Shown: piece by piece, positions 1 to 7,741 of the stretch | Layout: the number at the start of each line of letters is the position of its first letter | Position numbering within the stretch: position 1 is the first letter of the stretch | Source of the DNA: Bryobacterales bacterium | Lineage (GTDB): Bacteria; Acidobacteriota; Terriglobia; Bryobacterales; UBA6623 | Reading direction: 5' to 3' | NCBI GenBank assembly: GCA_965205085.1 | Contig: OZ242039.1 | Location: 357,911-421,910, forward strand | Length of the DNA: 64,000 nt | Notes under the pieces: generated by a model | What the model saw: the letters and a program-made list of their open reading frames with translations, nothing else | Told to the model about the DNA's origin: nothing | Database searches by the model: none | Program-made: the position numbers and the translations under genes

Positions 1-540
1 CCCGGTAACGCGTGGTCTCTGCTGCTCGGATCTTTTTCGCCCAAATATCACATATTGAGCCATTCCGTGGCCAAGAAACTGCAATCCGATGCGGGAGCCC
101 TGACTGTCCTTCCAGACCGCGCGGAGGTTGCCATTGTCCATCAGCACCAAGCCGCCCCGTCGGATGCCGGAAGCGAAACGAACGAACTGCCAAAAATCCG
201 CTTCAGAGTACTTGTTCAGTGGATAGTCATCATGGGTAGCCTCGTTTCGCAAGTACTCTATGCGCGATCTGTAGGAAAACTCAAGATTTTTCTGCGCCTT
301 GCACACCTTCCGAGCGAAATCGACGATACTAGGATCTGCCTCTGACTCGTTATACACAATCGCATTGGATCTAGATTCCTTGACAGGCTGTATTGGGCAC
401 CATTTAACTCTTGGGGGGTGAGCGCCGTCGTCGATTCCAATAGATCCACTTCCATGGATGCCAAGGGTCTCCAAGGGCACGGCACTTGCCAAGCTGTCAA
501 GCCTCCCAGCCTGTCCGGCCTGTGCATGTTCAGTCGCCAT
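1..540 (-). CDS. hypothetical protein (first 180 codons; 3' end runs off the window)
   Basis: Absent from the supplied track because there is no stop in the window. My translation of the minus strand from the ATG at 540-538 is open to position 1: MATEHAQAGQAGRLDSLASAVPLETLGIHGSGSIGIDDGAHPPRVKWCPIQPVKESRSNAIVYNESEADPSIVDFARKVCKAQKNLEFSYRSRIEYLRNEATHDDYPLNKYSEADFWQFVRFASGIRRGGLVLMDNGNLRAVWKDSQGSRIGLQFLGHGMAQYVIFGRKRSEQQRPRVTG. The ATG overlaps the TAA of the upstream gene (TAATG). No family recognised. Confidence 0.5.
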   Translation of the reverse strand, partial: MATEHAQAGQAGRLDSLASAVPLETLGIHGSGSIGIDDGAHPPRVKWCPIQPVKESRSNAIVYNESEADPSIVDFARKVCKAQKNLEFSYRSRIEYLRNEATHDDYPLNKYSEADFWQFVRFASGIRRGGLVLMDNGNLRAVWKDSQGSRIGLQFLGHGMAQYVIFGRKRSEQQRPRVTG

Positions 541-1133
541 TATTCCTCTCCCAATGCGGCTTCCAGCAAGGGGACAAACAGCACGGACCCATGCGCCCCC
601 ATTTTTCCTGCGACACCTAGCTTGTAGCCTAGGCCGCCATCGCCGCCTTCACCGCCAATACCAACAGTTACTTCAAACCGATCGCCGATAGACAGGTCGT
701 CAAGTTCGACAATGAGCGTTTCCCCAGGATAACCCTTTCCGCCATCGCCCCCGCCGGACCAAAGGCGGCGCTTGGCCGGAAGCGCTTTCCCGCCCTTTCC
801 GCCATCGCCACCGTCGCCGTGGAGACATCCGATTCCTTGGGCACCCCTGACAAACGTGCCTTCATGAAGAGTCCCCCCCCCGCCGCCAGTGCCTCCATTG
901 CCGCCGCCTGCCTGCCAAGTTTCCTGCTTGCACGTAACGCTTGTCGCGCCGCCACCGCCGCCGCCGCCACCGCCGCCCGCACCATAAATTGTCAGGCCAT
1001 CGATGCAGAACGATCCCCCACCGCCGCCGCCGCCGCCAGCGCCTCCACGCATAACAAGCAGCCCCTGCGGAGAAGCCCATGGCCATTCGAAGATACCTGA
1101 CTCGATTCTACGTTCAAGTCTGACTGTTGGCAT
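540..1133 (-). CDS. glycine-run protein (phage/accessory-type glycine-rich protein), function unknown
   Basis: 197-aa ORF. Gly runs (GGAGGGGGGGGS, GAGGGGGGGGGGA, GGGNGGTGGGGG, GDGGDGGKGG, GGEGGDGG) alternate with short beta-like segments (TLIVELDDLSIGDRFEVTVGIG, GSVLFVPL). AAGGAG lies about 8 nt upstream of the ATG. The stop overlaps the start of the next gene. Confidence 0.65.
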   Translation of the reverse strand: MPTVRLERRIESGIFEWPWASPQGLLVMRGGAGGGGGGGGSFCIDGLTIYGAGGGGGGGGGGATSVTCKQETWQAGGGNGGTGGGGGTLHEGTFVRGAQGIGCLHGDGGDGGKGGKALPAKRRLWSGGGDGGKGYPGETLIVELDDLSIGDRFEVTVGIGGEGGDGGLGYKLGVAGKMGAHGSVLFVPLLEAALGEE

Positions 1134-1261
1134 CGCATGGCTCCTTGACGGATAGCAGTCGGATTAACTCAATTTCCTTCATGTCGAATTCTCCTAAGAT
1201 CGGGACGTAATCGAGTGACTAAGTGATGCTGCGGATTGGTTATCAATATCTGTCCTCTTAA

Positions 1262-1360
1262 GCGCCCATTGCACATCGAACCGCAACAGCGGGGCAGAAG
1301 GCCCTCGGGATTGACGGTTGGATACAGGGTATTGCAGACGGGGTGGGGCTGTCAACAGGC
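1262..1360 (-). mobile_element. solo IS30-family right-end remnant (inverted orientation)
   Basis: cgcccattgcacatcgaaccgcaacagcggggcagaagg (1262-1300) matches the reverse complement of the right terminal repeat of the intact IS30 element (15328-15368) and of the remnant at 39300-39338. Weaker similarity continues inward (gtggggctgtcaa here versus gtggggctgttaa in the 39241-39258 copy). No transposase gene is attached. Confidence 0.55.
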
Positions 1361-1587
1361 CTTTCCCACGCTGGGGACAGCGCAGTTGAGGGGGAGGCGA
1401 ATGGGGCCGCAGGGCAAGTTTGGGGCGGGTAGATTCGCCCGACGAGGCGCTGCGGACTCGCGCAAAGCCAGCCTCGGCAGGGTGCCGAGGCGCTCGGGGC
1501 GAGGTGACGGGCTCTGGACGGAGTCCTCCCTGTGCCGGCCTGCGGCCGTCTGCCGGTGTCGCTCTGTCGGGAGGGGGGCCGAAGCGC

Positions 1588-2473
1588 CTAACGGGCCGTG
1601 AGGACAGCCTGAAAGGCTTGCTCGCGATGCAGGCTGAAGGGGCGCTGGCCGTCCGCGATATCCTGCACAGAACTCAGGATCACCGCGATCGCGATGCCGT
1701 TGCACAGCGCGTTGTTAAGTGCGGCATGGCCCTTGCGCGACAGACAGGCATCCTCGGCGAACTGCACGTCGCGGACGCGATGGTTCTGATTCTCCACGAC
1801 CCAGTGCCCCCGATTCCAGCCCAGCAACTACTCGGGCGTGCCGCGGCCGGGCGGCACGGAGGTGATGCCGTAGACCGTTTCGCGGCTGACACGCCCCGAG
1901 GCGAGGTGTTTCCGCTCGCGCTCGATGCGGAAGAGTTGGCGCAGATGCAGGTAGTTCACGCGGCGGACCGGGGGGCTCAGGACGCGGATGCTGCGCTGCT
2001 CGAGGCGTCCGTGGCCCTTGCTGGGCTCCTCCGCATAGCAGCGGGTGCCGGGTTGCTCCCAGTCGATTGGGCGGAGGGCCTCGAACGTCTTCTTCGCATG
2101 GGCCTTGACCGTCAGCAAGTAGTCCGCGCCGTGCGTGTCGACCAGCGTCCGGGCGGTATCCCGGACGGTGTGCAGGGCATCGAGGGTGACCGCGCCGAAT
2201 CAGCCGTATCGACAAAAAACTAGCAGATCTCAGCGTGGGAACGTCCCGCTTACCGAACGCCTGGCCGACCACGCCCGGCCCAACGATGCGACCCAGAGAT
2301 ACGCCGCCCACTGGATGATCCTCCAGCTTCGCGAGTACGCACAGAGGAGGCAGTGAGTGCCGGACCACGTTGCGGCGCACACTCTCGTCAAGGTGGGTCC
2401 CGATTGGTCGGCCGTTCAACTTGCTGTTGTCGGACGGTATGGTACACGATGGGCGGTTCGAGCCATCATCCAC
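1588..2473 (-). pseudogene. ISAs1-family DDE transposase, decayed
   Basis: The minus frame 2199->1588 reads FGAVTLDALHTVRDTARTLVDTHGADYLLTVKAHAKKTFEALRPIDWEQ...RIERERKHLASGRVSRETVYGITSVPPGRGTPE*LLGWNRGHWVVENQNHRVRDVQFAEDACLSRKGHAALNNA. This is the conserved C-terminal part of ISAs1-type transposases (GHW-x-x-EN, V-x-F-x-ED). It has an in-frame TAG at 1828-1830 and a TGA at 2200-2202. The N-terminal part (up to about 2473) is readable only in another frame. Confidence 0.7.
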
Positions 2474-2541
2474 GCGGCTCGACTTGCTGTCCGCAGTAGC
2501 ATATAGATCGAGAACCGTCTGCTTGACGAAACGGAGAATTC

Positions 2542-3183
2542 ATGGACCTGGATATCGAACGCCTCCTCGGTGCCGTGGAGCGCACAGTTTCGTCCATGGA
2601 GCGCGACGGACAGGCTGCGCGCGCGGTGACCCTCGCGCGCAGTTACGCGACGCCCCTGGAGAACCTCTGGGACGCCATTACGAGGCCGGACCGAATCCCA
2701 CGCTGGTTCCTGCCAGTCAGTGGCCGCTTGGAACTCGGCGGTCGCTTTCAACTGGAGGGAAACGCAGGCGGTACGATCAGGCACTGTGAGCGGCCTACGG
2801 ATCTCGGACTTACGTGGGAGTTCGGCGGTGACGTAAGTTGGGTGGAGGCGCGTCTGTGCAACGATGGGACCGGCCGCTCGCGTCTGGCGATTACGCATAT
2901 CGCGCTGTTGTCCGACCACTGGCACACGTTCGGTCCCGGCGCCGTCGGCGTAGGTTGGGAGATGGGCTTTTTGGGCTTGGAACTGCATCTTACGAGGCCG
3001 AACGAACCCAAATCGGACGGGGCGACGTTCCACACAACTCGTGATGGAAGGGCGCTCATTGCCGGGAGCAGCGCGGCGTGGGGTCGGGCGGCCGAGGCAG
3101 CGGGAACGAACCCCGACATAGCGCGCGCCGCAGCGCAGCGTACCGCGGCCTTCTACACGGGCGACGCGGTCGCGCCGGATTGA
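2542..3183 (+). CDS. SRPBCC-fold protein (AHSA1 / activator of Hsp90 ATPase homolog 1-like family)
   Basis: 213-aa ORF with GGAG 6 nt upstream of the ATG. Blocks such as LWDAITRPDRIPRWF, GGRFQLEGNAGGTI and LTWEFGGDVSWVEARL, together with the size, fit SRPBCC/AHSA1-like small ligand-binding proteins. Confidence 0.8.
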   Translation: MDLDIERLLGAVERTVSSMERDGQAARAVTLARSYATPLENLWDAITRPDRIPRWFLPVSGRLELGGRFQLEGNAGGTIRHCERPTDLGLTWEFGGDVSWVEARLCNDGTGRSRLAITHIALLSDHWHTFGPGAVGVGWEMGFLGLELHLTRPNEPKSDGATFHTTRDGRALIAGSSAAWGRAAEAAGTNPDIARAAAQRTAAFYTGDAVAPD

Positions 3184-3438
3184 TCCACGCCTTGAGATGC
3201 GTTATTGTTCGTGGGCGTTGACTCGGTATTGCAGTGGCGATGATTGCTTCGACCTTCTCCGTAGCGCCGGTTCGACAAGGTGCGCGGTAAAGCCGGCATC
3301 AGCGAGGCACAGAATGCGCCCGACGTGAGCAAGGGCGATGCCCGCAGCCGGTCAGGCTGAGCGCGGCGCGAGTATCGCGGCTAGGTTCCGTCGCGCATTT
3401 GGCTTCGACAGCCCCGTGTTCGGCGTGTCCAGCGACGC

Positions 3439-4139
3439 CTAGAACTGTTGCCTCCGCTTGTTTCCGATTGCCTGCTCCTTCTTCCGTTGCCGCGAATAGC
3501 AGTACAACCGCACCTCTTGGCCATCCCCGCCCAACACCGGCTCGAACTGCACCGGCTCTCTCGAGGTCGTCCGCAGCCCTTCCACCCAGGCCTGCTCGAA
3601 GCGCCGGTGGCCCTCCCGGCTGACGGCTAGAAAACGGTAGCCCTGCGTGGCCGGCCATCCCGGCGTCCAACTCCTCCGTCAGTGGCCGGGGGGTCTCGCC
3701 GACTCCTGGACGTTGCCGGCAAGCACCTGCGAGCGCCGCACGAATCCGCTGCCGGCAGACACCAGGGCCAGGGTGAGCCAAAGGCAGTCGGAGCACTCCT
3801 CCCTGGAGTGGCAGGGTCGCGCGAGGTGCTGGGTCTCGGCCTCGCCTTCGAAGGTAACGGAGCAGATGGCGCAGGCCCACTGGGAGCAGACCAGCGAGGG
3901 CAGCGGATTTGGTAGAAAGCCCACAAGGCGACGCCTCCGACGCTGACAGGGCGGGAGCGTTCGGAGCAGAGGGAGGCGGGGCTGATGCACAGCGGGTTGG
4001 GGGAGTCGGAGTAAGGGGAGCCGTGGAAGTCGAGCAGTTGGCGGGCGAGGGATCGGGCGCTACGGAGTAGCTCGGGGGGCGGAGCGGCCTGGGGCAGTGA
4101 ACAGTAGCTAACTGTGGTTTCCATGATCTGGCAGAGCAA
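3439..4139 (-). pseudogene. IS4-family (IS1634-group-like) transposase remnant
   Basis: The minus frame 3990->3439 reads ...ICSVTFEGEAETQHLARPCHSREECSDCLWLTLALVSAGSGFVRRSQVLAGNVQES..(TGA 3679-3681)..YRFLAVSREGHRRFEQAWVEGLRTTSREPVQFEPVLGGDGQEVRLYCYSRQRKKKEQAIGNKRRQQF*. The pattern T-x-FEG...A-x-x-x-x-SR-x-x-x-x-DC...AGN, followed by ...Y-x-Y/C-S-x-x-R-x-x-KE, recalls IS1634-type transposases. The sequence is heavily substituted, has an in-frame stop and at least one frame change, and lacks the C-terminal half. Confidence 0.45.
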
Positions 4140-4640
4140 GGGTCAGTCCTGGCCAGGACGTAGAAGGCGGTACCGAGGTGGATGAGTGTCTTCTGGCCGG
4201 GAGTCCGTGGATGCAGACGGACTGAACAAGGGTCCAGCCAGCACAGGTGGTACCGTCGGGGGAGTGGCGCATGAACACAGGGGCAGACTAACAGGAAGGT
4301 GGGAGGGAAGATCAGCGAAATCGGCCTGATCCTACTTGTTCGGCAACTTCTTACGATTATTGGTCATCCTGCGCCCAAGGCCTAAGGCTGAGGTGTGCTG
4401 GCTCTTGCGGTGGCCTGGGTGCCCACGGCGGACGCCCGGGGACTGCGATCGAACCCGGCGGGAAGCTCCCTCTGACGTCAGTGGTGAATGCCGAGTGAGG
4501 GATCGCAGCCGCCAGCCAGATCGTGGAGGGGAGCTCCTGGCGAAGGCATCGGCAGGGAGCAGGACCTGAATGCCTCGGGCTGTTCCGATTGCCCTGTAAA
4601 TGAATTTATAACAATTGGTTAGAGTCCAAGCAGCACAAGT

Positions 4641-5263
4641 CAGAAAGCAGGATTCTACAGTCTTCGAACGCCATTGCATGGCGATCCGCGCCAGGCTTGA
4701 CGCCCCTGTGCGGACAGACCCGCATGATCGGTCTGATGCCGGTAAGGACCCGCCACCGCAGCGGGGTCAGGTGCCCGGATCCAATCCGACTTGATGTGGT
4801 TGCCGTTCGGGCGTCCTGCCTGTCAACCTGGCGCACGGTAGAATTCAGCCGAGGCCGTCATATGGCACGAAAACGCTGGACATGGGTTAAGCTGTAGGGC
4901 AAGGTTCTCGTGATCATCTCAGAGCTGGTGGCGCAACGGCTTCGAATCAGACGCCGAAGATGTCAAGCTAGGGGGGCCGATGGGTCTCAACTGCGCCTCG
5001 CTGTTCAAGGGGATCGATGATGACTGCGGATTTTCCATCTCGGTGCGCGACAAGGGGGACGGGATGCAACCCGAAGCCCTGAATCCGATCTATCTGACGA
5101 CCGGAAGTGAGCGCCGAAAGGAGCCAAAGCGCGGCGGCACAACGTCGAAGTTCAAGAGGCGTCTGCTGGGAGTCGATGGAGAGGGGAGCCTCGTGCCGGT
5201 TGACGCTGCAATGTCGCAGTCCTGTTTCCCCGGCGATCAGGGACCTACCGAAGGAGTAGCACT
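4641..5263 (+). repeat. conserved noncoding element, copy 1 (candidate structured RNA; GTGCGG core at 4708)
   Basis: Aligns with 38772-39027 over about 255 nt, with roughly three quarters of positions identical by eye. It appears to align again at 5025-5060 with 39341-39390. There is no shared reading frame between the copies. Compensatory substitutions occur in two helices (details in findings). It ends at the RBS/ATG of the PRiA4-ORF3-like gene. Confidence 0.5.
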
Positions 5264-5866
5264 ATGAACAGACAGATCGCGCGCCTGCGCATCGAGCTTC
5301 AGGAACTCGAACCGAAGATCTGGCGGCGGATCGACATGCCGCTGTCTACAAATCTGGAGGCCTTGCACGAGGCGATTCAGATTACGATGGGTTGGACCTT
5401 CTCGCACCTGTGGGAATTCGAGATCAACGGCCGGAGCTACGGCGACCCGTCGCCTGACGACCAACCGGTGATGTACAGGGCTAAGAGCCTGCCGTTGGGG
5501 ACGGTGATCGCGAGCGGGGCGGCCCGGTTCGTCTATGTCTATGACTTCGGCGACTACTGGCGGCATGACGTGATCGTTGAGGAGGTTCGCGACGGCGACC
5601 CGGCAATCGACTACCCGGCCTGCGTGGACGGGGAAAGATGTTGTCCGCCGGAGGATGTCGGCGGGCCGGAAGGCTTCATGGACTTTCTGGAGGCGATTCT
5701 CGATCCGTGCCACGAGGAGCACCGGGCGAAGCTCGAGTGGCATGGCGGGCCATTCAATCTGACCGCGTTTAACAAGGCGTCGGCTCGTATTGGCCTGGAG
5801 ACCATTGCGCTGCGGCGCGGACCACTCGCCAGCTACGGGAGCCGATTGCGGCGTACGCACGCGTAA
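5264..5866 (+). CDS. plasmid pRiA4b ORF-3-like family protein (PF07929-type)
   Basis: 200-aa ORF with GAAGGAG 7 nt upstream of the ATG. Hallmark blocks are present: KIWRRIDMP, LHEAIQITMGWTFSHLWEFEI, YVYDFGDYWRHDV, CCPPEDVGGPEGF. Confidence 0.85.
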   Translation: MNRQIARLRIELQELEPKIWRRIDMPLSTNLEALHEAIQITMGWTFSHLWEFEINGRSYGDPSPDDQPVMYRAKSLPLGTVIASGAARFVYVYDFGDYWRHDVIVEEVRDGDPAIDYPACVDGERCCPPEDVGGPEGFMDFLEAILDPCHEEHRAKLEWHGGPFNLTAFNKASARIGLETIALRRGPLASYGSRLRRTHA

Positions 5867-6165
5867 ACGCGGCTTATCGGGTCTTCGTACTCCGGAGAAG
5901 GTTCCCGCATTCTGCGGGCCAGAAAGTGCGGGCACAGCGGCTTGGCCAGCGTATTTGGCCCTGCCGCCATGATGGAGCGGTAAATCCCGCCGATGAGCGA
6001 GGACGGGCAGAACAAGCGCGAAACGCTCTCCGGATTCTCCGTGCGCAGGCGATGAATGGCGTGTGAGGTGGCGCGGAAACATCGGACATGTCGAGACTTG
6101 TGCAGGATTCCCCCCACCTGGCGGCTTTTGACACGCCGGACGGGTACAGTGATTTGCGCCTTCCG
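5833..6165 (-). pseudogene. possible tyrosine recombinase C-terminal remnant
   Basis: The 94-aa ORF reads HKSRHVRCFRATSHAIHRLRTENPESVSRLFCPSSLIGGIYRSIM. With one gap this aligns to the integrase C-terminal consensus H-x-F-R-H-S-F-A-T-H-L-L...L-L-G-H-S-S-x-x-T-T-x-I-Y-T-H-V. The catalytic Tyr is at the right spacing, but both conserved His residues are substituted. No N-terminal part was found. Confidence 0.3.
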
Positions 6166-6402
6166 TCAGCAGGGTCTTAGCTCGACGGGGGAGGTGGGAT
6201 GTGAGGTGCCGACCATGGTTCTGGCAGACGCATAGTGGCATTGATTCGCGCCAAGGGGCGGGTTGGCAATGCCTCCATGTCGGAACCCTTTCCGAGCAGG
6301 CGAACGAACACCACCGATTGGCTTCGGTCGACTGGGTTGCCACCGGGCTCGGCGGGTGATTGAAGAGGGCTTATCCGGACACTCTTGTTCTAGAATTGAG
6401 CT

Positions 6403-7611
6403 TTGTGGTTGATCGTCCCCGCTTTGCTGGTTGCGGTTGCCATGGCCCATGCCGCGAGTGACCCGGTCGCTGACCTGGACGCCCGTTTGGCCCGGGGCGA
6501 TGCGACGCTGGACTTTCACCCCCGATGGGGCTACCTGCCCTCGCTGCTGGACGAGCTGGGGGTGCCACGGTCGTCTCAGTTGCTCGTCTTCTCGAAGACC
6601 AGTGCCCAGTTCCGGTTGATTTCGCCGAGAACCCCTCGGGCGATCTACTTCAATGACGATACCTACGTGGGGTGGGTTCCAGGCGGGCGCTTTCTGGAGA
6701 TCTCCACCTCCGTTCCTGGTGGCACGGCGGCCTTCTACAGCCTCGTTCAGCAGCAGGCAACCCCTCCCCGGATCATCCCGGACAACGGAACCTGCCTGCA
6801 ATGCCACGAAAGCGGTCGGACGCGTGGGGTGCCCGGCCACCTCACCCGGTCGGTGTATCCAGCACCTGATGGGGCTCCGCACTACCAGCGCGGCACCGTG
6901 GACGTCGATCATACGACCCCGATTGGCGCGCGCTGGGGGGGCTGGTTCGTCTCCGGAAGCGTTCCGATGCGGCATCGAGGCAACGCGGTCGGTCCCGCTG
7001 GCGAAGCCTCGCAGTTTGAAGCCGGCCTGCTGGGCTGGACTGAGCCGGACCAACTCTACGATGCAGACAGCTATCTGACGCCTCACAGCGACGTCGTCGC
7101 TCACTTGGTAATGGCCCACCAGATCCGTGTTCACAACTCGATCGCCAGGGCCGGGGACGAGGCCCGGGCCGCACTGGCCTATCACGAGGAAATGGTCCGG
7201 TTGTTCGGAACTCCTTCGGAGTCGCTGCTCGCCTCTGTGAAGAGGCGAATCGAGCGGCCGGCTGAGGAATTGGTCCGGGACCTGCTGCTCGCGGACGAAG
7301 CACCGCTCAGGGGGCCTGTCAGGGGAGATTCCGGCTTCGCCTTGGAGTTCCAGGGACTGGACCGCAACAGCGGGTCGGCCCCGTCCCTGCGGGAACTGGA
7401 TCTCACCACGCGGATTTTTCGCTATCCGCTGAGTTTCCTGATCCGTTCCAGTGCCTATAGTGAGCTTCCCGACCAGGTCCGATCTTATGTCGAGGCAAGG
7501 ATCATGACTGTCGCCAACGGCCTCGACCGGTCCGGAACGTTCCCGCCACTAGCGGTGGCGGACCGGAAAGCTATCCTGCAGGTGTTGTCGACAAGTCCGG
7601 TCCCGGACTGA
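6403..7611 (+). CDS. secreted hypothetical protein with one CXXCH heme-c motif
   Basis: 402-aa ORF with a TTG start immediately after an in-frame TGA. The N-terminus MWLIVPALLVAVAMAHAAS is hydrophobic and signal-like. A single CLQCH motif is present (NGTCLQCHESGR). No further family recognised. Confidence 0.7.
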   Translation: MWLIVPALLVAVAMAHAASDPVADLDARLARGDATLDFHPRWGYLPSLLDELGVPRSSQLLVFSKTSAQFRLISPRTPRAIYFNDDTYVGWVPGGRFLEISTSVPGGTAAFYSLVQQQATPPRIIPDNGTCLQCHESGRTRGVPGHLTRSVYPAPDGAPHYQRGTVDVDHTTPIGARWGGWFVSGSVPMRHRGNAVGPAGEASQFEAGLLGWTEPDQLYDADSYLTPHSDVVAHLVMAHQIRVHNSIARAGDEARAALAYHEEMVRLFGTPSESLLASVKRRIERPAEELVRDLLLADEAPLRGPVRGDSGFALEFQGLDRNSGSAPSLRELDLTTRIFRYPLSFLIRSSAYSELPDQVRSYVEARIMTVANGLDRSGTFPPLAVADRKAILQVLSTSPVPD

Positions 7612-7741
7612 GCCAATCCGGTTCCCGCCGGGCCGACGACCTCGCCGAGCTACGACCGTTCCATACCCGTACTGGAGATTGCCGCTGGCGACATAATGGA
7701 AGAATGAGTCGCATCGTCCGACTCGCCATTGCGGTATTCGC

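Noticed and set aside
1114-1182. A 22-codon mini-ORF with its own AGGAG overlaps the start of the glycine-run gene.
   Set aside because: It is too short to assess and no conservation data are available. It is mentioned in the findings only as context and is not annotated as a gene.
4443-4508. An imperfect long hairpin (ctgcgatc ... gatcgcag) enclosing a perfect 10-bp palindrome ctgacgtcag (4472-4481), just upstream of the conserved noncoding element.
   Set aside because: The arms are separated by a 17-nt asymmetric bulge, and there is no counterpart upstream of copy 2. This is insufficient to call a regulatory site or RNA.
4697-4897. The 66-aa ORF here and its 63-aa counterpart at 38838..39029 could be a conserved small protein (MT..CGQ.RMIGL.PV.T.HRSGVR).
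   Set aside because: The two copies lose a common frame after a 1-nt indel. Changes are mostly non-synonymous and are not biased to third positions. Several changes are pairing-compensatory. A noncoding interpretation is preferred.
5866-6170. I searched for group II intron domain V/VI (AGC...GNRA...bulged 34-nt hairpin and a branch-A helix) downstream of the PRiA4-like ORF.
   Set aside because: Only a short hairpin (cccgca ttc tgcggg, 5902-5916) is present. It has no catalytic-triad-like stem or GNRA loop, so an intact intron is not supported.
7612-7741. The leader upstream of metH was inspected for SAH, SAM or cobalamin riboswitch features (gccgctggcgac...gtcgc hairpin).
   Set aside because: I could not find the conserved SAH-riboswitch strings as I recall them (AGGCUC / GCGCUGCGAC context) or a B12-box. 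The hairpin alone is not evidence. A cmscan would be needed.
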